A stretch of DNA of 64,000 nucleotides from Styela clava. Its lineage: Eukaryota. The translations under genes and the position numbers were made by a program. The notes beneath the pieces were generated by a model, which saw only the letters and a list, made by a program, of their open reading frames with translations, was not told the origin of the DNA and did not search any database. Each line of letters begins with the position of its first letter. The first letter of the stretch is position 1. Positions 51,255-62,972 of this stretch are shown here, in pieces. The stretch covers positions 4,712,001-4,776,000 of the forward strand of contig NC_135262.1 of assembly GCF_964204865.1 (NCBI RefSeq), written 5' to 3'.

Positions 51255-52326
51255 CAGTGGTTCCCAACCCTTTTCGGGGGATCGCAGAACAAAATTATTT
51301 TATGTGCGACTTTTTTTTCTATAAAATCCTAATCAGTGGTGGAAAAAATAAATTTGTTTATAGACGGAAAAATTAAAAACGAGAAACAATGGAAACTAAT
51401 TTTTAAGTCCTTGGGTTGACTAATCCCAAACTAAAGTCTCCCTCTTCAGAACACTTTTATCAACAAAACCAATTGATTCTCAACCTCTTTTTATTGTCTT
51501 CCCCCTTTACATATTTACAGATTTATTCCTCCCTCCCTCTCCATGAATACTATATTATTTATTGAATTTCTTATTGACTGCTCCCCAATGTAATAATGCG
51601 CAAGCTGCATTCTCATTTTTTTACAGTTTTTGATCATCACAAAAAATGAATTAATATTTGTGCTACACAAAGCGAAGTACATATATATAAAAATAGTAAA
51701 ATTCCTATCTTGAGCAGAATTCTTCCCCGGTTGGGAAGCATTGCAATGGATGTATAATTTTACCCCTTGTGCGTTTGAATATTATTTGACAAGAAACTTT
51801 GTGGTCATGGCAGTAAATTTTTGTAGAAGTGGCAGCTTCAAATTTTCATCTAATACGTTTTTAATTTTTTTGATGGCATGTACATTTCGCAACTGTAAGG
51901 GCCCTCGTTTTCATTCCCTAATATCAATTCAATTGTTGGAAATTTAAAATCTACAGAAGGCAAACTCTCTATGGAATGAGTAACATAAAAGTACGAGTTA
52001 TGCATTTTCCAGGACTGCCCAGGCCGATTTTGACTCCTGGTATTTTCCGGTCGAAAGCCAATCCAACCCCATTAAGTCGGTTTGAAAAGTTAAGTCTTGT
52101 AAATCGGCCTAATAAATAAAAATACGATACTCAGCAAATAGTATTGAGTGCTCTCAAAGACAGTTATAAAAAAATTTAATTTTAGGGATAACATGGTAAT
52201 TTAAAATAATTGATAGTATTTGAATTGATTCAAGATACATATTTTACAGAAACGCACCAAATCTTAATATCCTTTCTTCTGAAGGACCTTATTATTATCC
52301 GGGCAAAAAAAGTTGGGAAACCACTG
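51255..52326. mobile_element. Non-autonomous hAT-type DNA transposon
   Basis: TIRs CAGTGGTTCCCAAC / GTTGGGAAACCACTG; TSD CTCTCATA / CTCTAATA. Absent from the paralogous site at about 12990. Confidence 0.82.
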
Positions 52327-52880
52327 CTCTAATACATAAAAAATATAACTAGGACTTTAAAATTATTCTTTAATTTTTACCAGTACAAAATTTTTCAAAA
52401 AAACATGCTGAAGAAATTGAAGTGTTAAGCATATAATGGATTCAATTAACTACAGCTGCAATGCACTTGCTATATAAAAAGAACAGAAACTCAGAACATA
52501 TGGATTCATACATCTTAGATGTGAATATTTGGATTTTCAATAAAAACAGGTTGAAAGAACTGTCTGGAATTGGTAACAGATTATTAAAAGAATGAAACAT
52601 TTAAAAACCTTATGAAACTAAATGAGTAAGCTTAAATTGACAGTTTCGACACTGGGATAAATTATCAAGGATAGTATTATTAATTTTAAACATGGATTGA
52701 AAACTGCCATGATAGAATATACAAATAGGAATTCATCGTTATAATAATCCATTGATATCACTGCGTCAAAAAAAAATATAGCAATATGATATATGAATAG
52801 GAATCACTGGAACGGTAGTGATACAAAACATATAATGGGTGATTATTGGGTTATTATCTTGAGGGTTGTTATCTGATTTT

Positions 52881-53095
52881 GGCGCTTCAGAAGTATGTGT
52901 ACCAGTATGGAAGTAATTAGTAATAAAGTCATTTTTTGCGCCTAATTTACATCAAGTTGTGTAAAGGGACTGAAACCTATGAGCAGGGGGTATATTCACT
53001 TGGCTAATACAGACAGTCTCGGAACTCATAATAGAACTAAAATAAGGGAAATCGGAATAAAATTATGGCCTAACCCTGACCTGGTACACACACTA
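52881..53095. mobile_element. MITE family M1, right end eroded
   Basis: GGCGCTTCAGAAGTATGTGTACCA... with the same internal sequence as other copies. Confidence 0.7.
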
Positions 53096-53850
53096 TTTTT
53101 ATATCAACTGGCCAGCTGAATGTACTGGTACATTATAATGTTTTAAAAAATGACAAATATATATTTATGCAAATACATCAACAATGGTAATTACCTCTGT
53201 TGAACACTAAAAGTATGCAAGTCGTTGTTAACGATACAATAGTCAATTTCATCTCTCGTATTGTCATAAAAGTCACCTTTGACTGGGATTTACTTCACGA
53301 TTAGAACTTTTACTAAGATTATTTGTGCACCCAGCAAGGAAGGAGTGGAGTTACTGCAAATTATGGTTTACTCCCAGTCATCAGCAGTTTGAAATGTGAT
53401 GACAATGTTTGAATAATTTTAACAGGAATAATTCAAGATTTGGAGGCCAATTAGTTATGGTAATGTGCCAATAGCAATCTTTATCGAGCAAAGATCATTG
53501 CAAAAAATTATGATATGAATGATCAAAATTGAACAAATATTTTCCATAAAATACAACAAAATTCTACAGAAAATAACTCCAAACTAGGCTAAATCAGTTT
53601 ATCAAATATAGCTGTTGAGATTTCACAAATATCAAGTAATATTATCATGCTATGTCAAAGGCCAACGATATTTAACAATATTTGCTTCAATTTGCGTTGT
53701 AATTATTTTTTCACAATAGGTAAAATGGAACAATTATGCTCTAGGACTTCATTTATATCTAGAGTTTTATTAACGTGCAGGTGCAACATATTATAACAAC
53801 TCTTAGTGAAGGTCGAAGATAAATAAAAGTATTTCCCAACTGTGTGTACA

Positions 53851-55447
53851 TTAGACTGGCATTGTGATAGCTACAGTAGCCGTAGACATGATAATTATAT
53901 CAGGAAAATCAATTTCATCCCACAAGTTCAAATCAAAATTATACTTTTCAGCAGAATGTGGTGTTCCTCTATCCCCTACTGCATATAATTCATTACCAAC
54001 AACAGACAGCCTGAATTCGTCTCGCGGTATTGTCATACACGCTAAATTAGTCCAGGTATCACTGTGTGGGCTGAAATATTCCAAACTAGACAATGCATCG
54101 CCCAAGTAACCTCCAGCCACGAATATTTGTTCTCTGAAGACAATAGCAGCAGGTGTCTGTCGAGCTGTATTCATTGAACTGACCTTCGACCAAGAATTAT
54201 CAAGAGGTGAATATTTTTTAACGTCTTTCATTATTTTTTGTTTGTTATCAAGACCTGCAATAACATAGATAAAGCGGTCTAACTCAACTACAGCACAATC
54301 CCGAATTATCTCATTATCACATTGCACTTGTTTCCAGCTATTTTCAAGATGATTGAAATGCTCCATCACATTATTTCCAACGACAAAAATCGAATTTTTA
54401 TATACTGTAGCAGATAACCTTTTACCATGATCCGAATTTGTTTCTTTCATCTCAATCCAAGTGGAGTGTTCTTCATGTACATTGATGCGATATACTTTCT
54501 TATTTCCAAACAAAACATATAAATATTCTTTTAAAACAACTGCAGTATATGACCCTGTAATCATCTGATCATTTAGTGGTCTCAACTTGGTCATTTGATT
54601 TTGATTCGGTTCAAAAACTTGAAGAAAATTTGTCGATTTGTCGAAAATAATTAATGCATTTGTCATTGTTTAATATTCAGCAACTTGTACAGGTGACTCT
54701 TTCACTCCAAAGGTATCAGCCATTGATAGCAAGAAAGTATTCATGCAATATGCAGATTCTTTACAAATTTGATTGTGCTTAGCTAAATAGTGTATGTATT
54801 TGGGAGTAACCTTACTAATATTAACACAATGCAACGATTTTCAACATCAGTTTCTGCAGAAGAACAGCAAGTTTTGCATCTTCCGAATATTCAACATTAT
54901 TTGTTCCCACAAGTAATGAAACAAACTTCACATCAAGGCTTTTGAATTCTTCTTCATTTGCAATTGCACCAAGACTTTGAAATGCAAAATTATCACAGAT
55001 TTGCTCTAGGCTTTGAATATTGAACTTCAATGCTATTTCTCGGATTCTGAAAAACATCTTGGGATCCAATTTAGTTTCGAGAAACTCAGCTATCTTAGCA
55101 CAAAGTACTGACAACTGCATCAAAGTTGCAACATGGAGTAGTTGTTCACTTTTTTCCAAAGCAATTGAAGCTTTTCCAGTGTAAATGTAATCAATGCAAA
55201 CCTTTACCGATTCCACATTCACATCCTTCATTTCAACAACTCCATTACTACTTTCCAATGTATCGTGTGAAAACATGGCAACAAAATAATCCGACGCTGC
55301 CATCATAATTTTTTTGTCAACGTGAAACTCCTCTTCTCCCACTTTTATGATAAAATCACATGACTGTTTTTCCTTCCTCATTAAATCAAGTCTTTCCATC
55401 ATTGTGGCATTATGTTCATTAATATCAATGCCCAAATCGCATTCCAT
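53851..55447 (-). pseudogene. BTB-BACK-Kelch pseudogene, subfamily B copy B2
   Basis: ORFs 54821-55447 and 53851-54666. Relative to B1 it has 7-nt and 22-nt deletions at about 54835-54855 in the BACK region, causing a frameshift. Confidence 0.88.
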
Positions 55448-55810
55448 TTTTATTGCTTATAATAATTTTTAAAAATACTGATAAAATATGTTTATTTTAC
55501 ACAATGGATCAGGGCGACTGGGAATAGATATTGTCAAATTACCGATGACACTAAATGAAGTAAAGTGCATTTATTTATATTCCAAATGATCACTTTTACT
55601 TTACACTGATAAAAGAAGGTACTGAGATTATTATCAAAAGTCAAATTCAGTCGAACGATTTTTATAAAATTGTTGGTCAGACTATTTAATGTGCCATAAT
55701 CAGTTATTGCAGGAGATTTTCAATTCATTTGAATAACTACATCTGAACAAGCTGAAATTCCCGAGCTTAACTGAGAAGTAGGTGCATAATCTCATTTTCC
55801 TTTGAAAAAT

Positions 55811-56010
55811 GGTACTCCCGTAGTATGTGTACCAGGTTAGGCCATAATTTTATTCCGATTTTCCTTATTTCAGTTCTATTACAAGTTCAGGGACAGACCG
55901 TATGTGTTAGCCAAGTGAATATCCCCCTTGCCCATAGGTTTAAGTCCCTTCACATAACTTGATGTAAAATAGGCAAATAAAATTAGTTACTTTCATATTG
56001 GTACACATAC
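55811..56010. mobile_element. MITE family M1 (duplicate of 16972-17168)
   Basis: Near-identical sequence and flanks to 16972-17168. Confidence 0.7.
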
Positions 56011-56919
56011 ACATACAAAATACACAGCCCTATATCAACCAATATCTTTTCTTATTTCAACAACTAATATATAACATCAAGTCCATGCTTCCGAAAACAA
56101 ATAACAGGCTAACTAATCCCATACCCGTCATGGACTGGTAACCGGACGAGAAACTGTGATTCGCCATATGGTTAAGTCGTCTCATCTTTCCTTCAGGATA
56201 AATATGTAAATCCTATCTGATACCTATAACATTACGGCACACTATACAGATCGAGAGACATGTTCTCGTTTTAGAGAATCCCATTTAGCCGATGAACAAA
56301 CACCCCTCTTTTGGGGGACGTCTGGCCCTCTGGACATTGTTGTCTCTCAATATCTGTGAAAAACAGAAATTGAAGTTGCGCAAAAAACTACAAAGAAGAG
56401 CAATCTAAAAATATCATCATTGAACTCCTTGAAAAAAAAAATTACAGAAAAAATAAATTTCTACAGAGGCATTCGAGAGTTTTTGGCAAAAAATTGTAAT
56501 TTTGTTCACGTGACGGCCGCGATTAGCATGGTGCGATATGACGCATCTGCCGTCGTCCTCCCCTCATTTGTGAGACACATGCAGTGTTTGTTTTATTGAA
56601 TCAAATGATGGGACATTCTTGGAATTTGGATACTGTGCCCTACTGCATATAATGTGCAAATATGTTTCAAGTTGAAATATTCAATACTGATGCTCCTCTG
56701 ATTGGACTAAAATAAACCCAGATGTTTAAGCTGAGGTTCATAGTATCTTTTACCGATTACACAATGTCCAAGTATGTGTTTGATCCACATCAATTTATAC
56801 AAATCAATATTATAAATATTAAACGCCTATACAAATGACTATTGTATTGGCAGTATTGCTTTGTTTTAAATGTAAAATTGTGCGGGTCTCGTATAATTTC
56901 GTACCTTAAAGTACTTCTA

Positions 56920-57251
56920 GTGGGCGTAGCATAACAATTTTTGCATATGTCAATATTAACCCCCAACTAACAGTGTCATCCCAAAAATACGTTACTATGA
57001 TGTCACAGTGACATACATAATAAGGCAATCACCCGAAATCGAGGAAGATATTTCTCTCATTTTCTCGCTGCAAAGCTATGAGAGAGATCGCTGCCGTTAG
57101 CGAGTTCTTTATTGTCGGCGCAGATGCCATTTCGGACAAACGTAGTTATACTTTGACAAGCTCTATGACGTGATTGTGACGTCATTTTTGGATGGCGTAG
57201 TCAGGTGGGGGTTAGGATTGACATTTGCAAAAATCGTTATGCTACGCCACC
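56920..57251. mobile_element. MITE with ~45-bp TIRs
   Basis: GGCGTAGCATAACAATTTTTGCATATGTCAAT..AACCCCCA is mirrored at 57205-57250. Absent from the paralogous region at about 18090. Confidence 0.65.
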
Positions 57252-57276
57252 ACAATTACTTGAGGTACAAAACTAC

Positions 57277-57447
57277 GGTGACCGTACATTTGAACCCATG
57301 CGTATATCCGCGGGTTCAAGCTATATCCGGAGGCTAAAACTATTGGGTTAGGGTTAGTATGGGTTCAAATACCCGTAAAACAAAAAAATTTACATAGTTG
57401 CAATAGTATGCAGGTGCAATTGCCGTGGGTTCAAATGTACGGGAACC
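57277..57447. mobile_element. MITE family M2 (GG...CC termini, 9-bp TSD)
   Basis: TIR GGTGACCGTACATTTGAACCCA / TGGGTTCAAATGTACGGGAACC; perfect TSD CAAAACTAC. Empty site at about 18107. Confidence 0.78.
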
Positions 57448-57629
57448 CAAAACTACAGGAGACTCAATTGTGCTACCATTCCAATGAATTCGAAATAAAA
57501 TCCACGAATCAAAGTTAGATAATATGTCCCTGGAAATAAAATTCAAGATGATGGGAAATCAAGTTTTAAATTTCACTAAAGCAGTGAAACAGATTAACTT
57601 ATCTGGCCCATCCAGTCATGTCAGCATGT

Positions 57630-57752
57630 CTAACTAATCCCATACCCGTCATGGAATGGTAACAGGACGAGAGTCCGTGATATGCCATATGATTAAGCCG
57701 TGTTATCGGCTTTCCTCTCCCCCGGAATAAATAAGTAAATCCTATCCTATCT
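57630..57752 (+). mobile_element. SINE-like repeat 3' part; other copies at about 12645-12800, 17268-17376 and 56110-56218
   Basis: Shared core GGACGAGAGGCCGTG..TCGCCATATGGTTAAGCCGT...AAATCCTATCCTAT. The 12645 copy has a B-box-like GTTCCAATCC. Confidence 0.5.
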
Positions 57753-58069
57753 ACTTCAATGAATTCAAACTTGACCCACTTCTAAAAAGAAAAACGACCC
57801 AGAATACGGTACCTAAGTTGGTACCTGAAATAATCTCCTTACAATTGAAGCATACACCAAATGCTTGAACAGAAGCTATCGCCGTCTGGCCGTGTCTGCC
57901 ATTACAAAACTGGCAATTGCAGCCCACATTCAGGATAACTATGGTAACTTCCGCTTTTGCTGCATCACAGATATGTTTACACAGTTACGCATGAATGACG
58001 TGGGGCGTGGCTTAAGGCTGTTTTCAGGACAACGACTTCCGTAACAATGACTCTTCAGCAAGGGGTCAT

Positions 58070-59011
58070 CAGCTCCGTGGCCCACCGGTGGGCCGCCACG
58101 CATCTCAAAGTTGGCCGCAAACTCTGTGTTAAATTATTTGTAATTCTATACTTTGATTTAGAATTGAAATTATTTGGACATTTAATAGGATAGCAATGCT
58201 TTTCTCATCAGGATCCCGATCAATTCCATGAATTTAGACGCTCGGTCGTGCGGGTAGAAACAACTTTCTAGTTAAAACTAGTTAATATTATTTTATAATC
58301 ATTGCCATCGGTGACAGATGCTAAAGATAATGAAGGATTGAATCCACATACCAAAGTTTTTGATTGAAAAGCGGATGTAAAATACCAAAAAAGAAAACAC
58401 CCTAGGTTTTGTTTTAAAAGGCCCGCGAGTAAATGCTTTTTAGACATCTTAAATCGCAAAATTCCGCGGGGTTGGGTTTCATTTAGTTGAGTCGCCTTTG
58501 AAGATTTTGCCAATTATCGGTAAATACGAACCGAGAGGTATAGTCGGACAAATTGTCACACATCTTGGATTGAATACTTTGCGGAATTGAGATTGGTAGT
58601 CTTCGGGATTTTAACGCAGACCCTGGGATTTTTTCAACGGCCGTATCTTATAAATATTCTTAAGTGGAAGTTAGTGCTGAAAAAAAAGCTTAAAGTTTAC
58701 AAAGCCTAAGATTGCAAAAATCCGAATCCGATCTATTTATAATCGCATATTTTATGTCCACAGATTGCCGTGGAGGTTTTTTGTAGTGGTAGTGCTTTTA
58801 TTTTACCGTAAGTATAGGCAAAATCTAGTTACGATGACCACAATTAAATTAGGATGGAAAGACATTTTAAATGCTTGCATCAGCCATGGATTGAATATTT
58901 TACGCATATACTTTGATATTTGATTCGTTTTGGACAACCCTTCCTCGACTTATTTTAGCCTTCAAAAAAACGTTATGAAAGTGGGCCACGATATAAGGTT
59001 GAGAAGCACTG
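58070..59011. mobile_element. Composite hAT-like insertion containing pieces of the 45831-48105 family
   Basis: Absent at the paralogous site at about 18610. Right end GGTTGAGAAGCACTG; GTGGGCCAC motifs; internal GATTCGTTTTGGACAACCCT and TTTATGTCCACAGATTGCCGT. Confidence 0.5.
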
Positions 59012-59954
59012 GGCTACATAACGGTTGAAGTTTTAGCAACCGCTCAAACAATTTATCCCTTAGACACATTTTTAAGCGTAGTGGTGAGCATTGGATCGTT
59101 TTTTTTTATTAAATAGATTTGCTAGCTATTTGTCAGTTTTTTGTTACTGAAATTTAGGTTTAAATGGAATACTACTCATTTTGTTTACCCGTTTTTATTA
59201 CTATAGCTGCGGAATTCAAAAACCATTCCCTATGAAGGAGCGACAAAAATGGCTAAAATGTAATTTTTCAGGGACAGGTGGTCAAATATATTGAATCCAA
59301 ATAAGTATCAGATTCAGATTCAGATAATTTATTTCTATCATGCAAGAATTAACACAAAATTTAAAGCACGAAAAATTGACAAACGTGTATAATGACAATC
59401 GTAAAAAATTAAATATACACATCAGAATTCATACAAGTGAGAGATTCATAGCAATAGATAAGGAGTCGCGAAAGACTGTGACAGTCATCGAGTCAGCGAC
59501 ACCTGTGGGCTGGAGATTTAGAGGGAATGACAAAAAAAAAATTATACAAATTTAATCAATCATAATTGACAGAGAAACAAAATCACAAAATACCACCAGA
59601 GTAATAATACACGCGACAGCGCCCTCGTGGGGTTCAACTGTGCGTTCATGGACCGTAACAAGAAATGAATGAAGCTCGTTGCTAGCAGCGATCAAAAGCT
59701 GGTTGTTGTAGCCTACTGAGGCATATTGGATACGAAAGGTGGGGACCATTTTATTAGTGGAGTAGGATCACACAAAAAATAACTGGATATGGTAACAGCA
59801 AGAATTCAAGTAACTCGGAATTTGTACGGAACAATATCCCATCACAGTACCGGTAACAGGGCGAGGCATCAAGACCGGAAGGGTGCCGTACGTTACGGAG
59901 ACTATATGAACGTATATACCGGTACTGATATATACAATACGCCAGGAAAGGAAA

Positions 59955-62915
59955 TCATATTATTTGAAAAGCTGACGGATCAAGTATATAGCCGCCTAGG
60001 TATACCTTTTTCAATGCTTGTTTGTATGCATCGTAATTCATGTTTCGAATACTATCAGCCAAAGAGTTCCATAATTTAACACCTAAATATTTTATTGAAT
60101 TTTGTGTTAGTTTGGAGGTGAAACGATGCACATAGTAAGAACCATGGGTAGAAGACCGTGTACTATGTGAATGAATATTACTTTGCTTATAGAAATAATG
60201 AGTAAATGTGACAGGGAGTTTATTGTTATGATGTTGATGCATCAGTTTCAGTACCTCTATTTTATGAATATCTGTCAGTTTTATAATTTGAAGTTCATGG
60301 TAGATTGGATTGAGTTGTTCGCGACGTCCACTACCAGAAAGAGCACGGATGGCTCTATTTTGGATAATCTCGATTTGATGTAATAGAGTTCTATTGGCTG
60401 AACCCCATGCAATAATGCCATATTGAATGTGGGTTTGGAATAGAGAATGGTAAATCATACGGAGAGTTGTTACAGGTACAAAGTGCCTAAGTTTGTACAG
60501 TATTCCAACCGATCTAGATAGTTTAGCAGCCAAGTTCATTATGTGAATATCCCATTTCAATTGGCTATCCAAAAATATGCCCAAATATTTGTAAGAACTT
60601 ACATTTTCTAATCTAGTGTTGCCAATATCAATCGAAAATTTGGTTTGAGTTTTATGTTTATTTGGTGAAATAAGCATAGTTTTGGATTTGTCGACGTTTA
60701 TAGATAATTTATTAGCCTTCATCCAATTAGCTACTTTTACTATTTCAGAGTTCACTCTTGAATGAAGAGCAGGGAGAGATTTGTCGCTAACGAGGAGATT
60801 GGTGTCATCCGCGAATAATTTTGAGAGGAATGATGAACAATGGGCGAGATCGTTGATGTAGATCAAAAATAATAAAGGCCCCAAATTAGATCCTTGTGGG
60901 ACCCCGTGTGTCACAGGTAAGACGCACGAGCAGTAGTTTCCTACTTGAACGTATTGAGTTCGATCACTTAAATAACTATGGAGGAGTTTATTAGGTAATC
61001 CCCTGACGCCATAATGCCACAACTTGTTCATTAGGATATCATGATTGACAGTGTCAAAAGCCTTCTTCAGATCGACAAAAATTGCACTCACAAATTCTTT
61101 CCTTTCTAATTTGTCATAGATATAAGAAATTGTATCTAAAATTGCGTGTGATGTGGACTGATTGTTTTGGAAGCCAAATTGGTGTTTGTTTATTACATTA
61201 TGTTTTGTGAAAAAATTGGTCAACCTAATGTGAATTAGACGTTCAAATATTTTATTAATTGAAGAGAGGATAGAAATTGGCCTATAGTTTGAAACAATTT
61301 TTTTGTTACCAGATTTGAAGAGCGGTATCACTCGAGCGACTTTGAGTGATGAAGGGAAGATTCCAAATGCGAGGGAGCAGTTGAACAATTTCACGAGAAA
61401 AGGCGCGAGCAGTTCAGCAACGAATTTTAGGAAGCGAGGTGGGATGTTATCCGGGCCAACTGCCTTTCTTTCCTTCAAATTCAGAATTTCCATCATTAAT
61501 TCGGATTCAGTGGCCAAAGTCATGAAAATGGATTTACTAACACGGTTACAAAGAAATGGCCTAAAGTCACACATATCATTGGAAAACTTGGCTGCCAAGT
61601 TAGATCCGACCGTAGAAAAATACTTATTGAATTCAGCCGCGATTAAGCAACCGTCTTTCAGTATACTGCCATTTTCAAGACAGATTTCCTGAATTATTTG
61701 TTTATTTGAGTTATTTTTTGTGGTTGTAAGTTGGTTTATAATTTGCCATGTATACCTTGGATTGCCCTTGTTCTGAGAGATAAGATTTTGGTAGTGAATT
61801 TGCTTCGCTTTTTCTAATGCGGAAGTAAGTGTGTTTCGATACTTCTTAAAGTATGACCGTTGCAGAGCGTTGCCACATAAAAAATGGGTTTTAAATAACT
61901 TATTTCTATGTCTCGTACAATTGATCAACCCTTTGGTTAGCCATGGCTTTAACCTTAACCGTTTTTGCCGACGTGATAGTTGTCGAAGTGGGGCATGCCG
62001 ATCGATGGTACTAACGAATGACTGTATGAATTCATCAAATATGCTGTCAAAGTTCTCAGCGTTTAAACTAATTGTGGCAAATCGATTATTTATGCTGTTT
62101 TGAACTTCAGATCGAAAGGCATCAATTGAGAACCTTGACATATCCCTTGACAATATACACTCCTTCGTTTTTATAGGTTTGATGCCACTTAAACAGCAAA
62201 GGATGGGATAATGATCGGTTACGTCAGAAAGAACAACATAAGATTCTATTTTTAAGTGCCTTGAATTGGTATACATGTGGTCAATAAGGGTGGCTGAGGT
62301 GGGGCTGACCCTTGTGGCTTCAGATATTATAGAAATAGCATTGTGTGACACAAGCATATTGATATAGTTCATAATTTGAGTATTGATAACAGCTGAAAAT
62401 AAATTAATATTGAAGTCACCTACAATGAGAAATTTTTTATTAGCCAATTTGGCCAGGGATGGTTCGAATATGTTCGTAAAATCAGAAATATCGTTGCGTG
62501 GGTGTTTGTAAATGACACCAATTACCAGTTTGTCAGTGGCATTTTCTAAAACAATTTCAAACCATAAGTTTTCGCAGTTAGGATATTGAACGCTATTTTC
62601 TACGGTTACAGTAAACGTAATATCGTTTCTGATATAGGCGCCTACACCTCCTGCTCTAGTAGCAGATGGTGCGTGGATAAAGTTATATCCATCAATGCCT
62701 ATGTTGGAGGAAAAATTATTAACTAGTTTGGTTTCGCTTATAGCTATTATGTGTGGGGGTACGGACAAGTGCGATAACAGAAAAGTTAATTGATCGAGAT
62801 TTTTATGGATAGAACGAATATTCATATGAAAAATAATCAGATCAGTAGACGTACATATGGAATTCAATTTTGAAACTTCGATACTGTTGCAAACAAAATT
62901 ACAGTTATTGGGCAT
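59955..62915 (-). CDS. LINE-b ORF2p, APE endonuclease + reverse transcriptase (986 aa)
   Basis: Motifs MNIRSI, AISETK, GDFNIN, LIDHM, TDHYPI, NYRPISIL, FVDLKKAFDTVNH, GVPQGS, LFADD, KYLGI. Confidence 0.93.
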   Translation of the reverse strand: MPNNCNFVCNSIEVSKLNSICTSTDLIIFHMNIRSIHKNLDQLTFLLSHLSVPPHIIAISETKLVNNFSSNIGIDGYNFIHAPSATRAGGVGAYIRNDITFTVTVENSVQYPNCENLWFEIVLENATDKLVIGVIYKHPRNDISDFTNIFEPSLAKLANKKFLIVGDFNINLFSAVINTQIMNYINMLVSHNAISIISEATRVSPTSATLIDHMYTNSRHLKIESYVVLSDVTDHYPILCCLSGIKPIKTKECILSRDMSRFSIDAFRSEVQNSINNRFATISLNAENFDSIFDEFIQSFVSTIDRHAPLRQLSRRQKRLRLKPWLTKGLINCTRHRNKLFKTHFLCGNALQRSYFKKYRNTLTSALEKAKQIHYQNLISQNKGNPRYTWQIINQLTTTKNNSNKQIIQEICLENGSILKDGCLIAAEFNKYFSTVGSNLAAKFSNDMCDFRPFLCNRVSKSIFMTLATESELMMEILNLKERKAVGPDNIPPRFLKFVAELLAPFLVKLFNCSLAFGIFPSSLKVARVIPLFKSGNKKIVSNYRPISILSSINKIFERLIHIRLTNFFTKHNVINKHQFGFQNNQSTSHAILDTISYIYDKLERKEFVSAIFVDLKKAFDTVNHDILMNKLWHYGVRGLPNKLLHSYLSDRTQYVQVGNYCSCVLPVTHGVPQGSNLGPLLFLIYINDLAHCSSFLSKLFADDTNLLVSDKSLPALHSRVNSEIVKVANWMKANKLSINVDKSKTMLISPNKHKTQTKFSIDIGNTRLENVSSYKYLGIFLDSQLKWDIHIMNLAAKLSRSVGILYKLRHFVPVTTLRMIYHSLFQTHIQYGIIAWGSANRTLLHQIEIIQNRAIRALSGSGRREQLNPIYHELQIIKLTDIHKIEVLKLMHQHHNNKLPVTFTHYFYKQSNIHSHSTRSSTHGSYYVHRFTSKLTQNSIKYLGVKLWNSLADSIRNMNYDAYKQALKKVYLGGYILDPSAFQII

Positions 62916-62972
62916 CTAGGTTAAGGGAATACCATCATGAATATTTGCTAGTAAAATAATATAGCAACTGAC

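Larger units (their letters stand above)
50780..59300 (+). repeat. Direct segmental duplication of about 12340-19155 (A-gene upstream region + B gene + flank)
   Basis: Long collinear, near-identical stretches (e.g. 16640-18000 versus 55485-56810) interrupted by copy-specific insertions. Confidence 0.85.
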
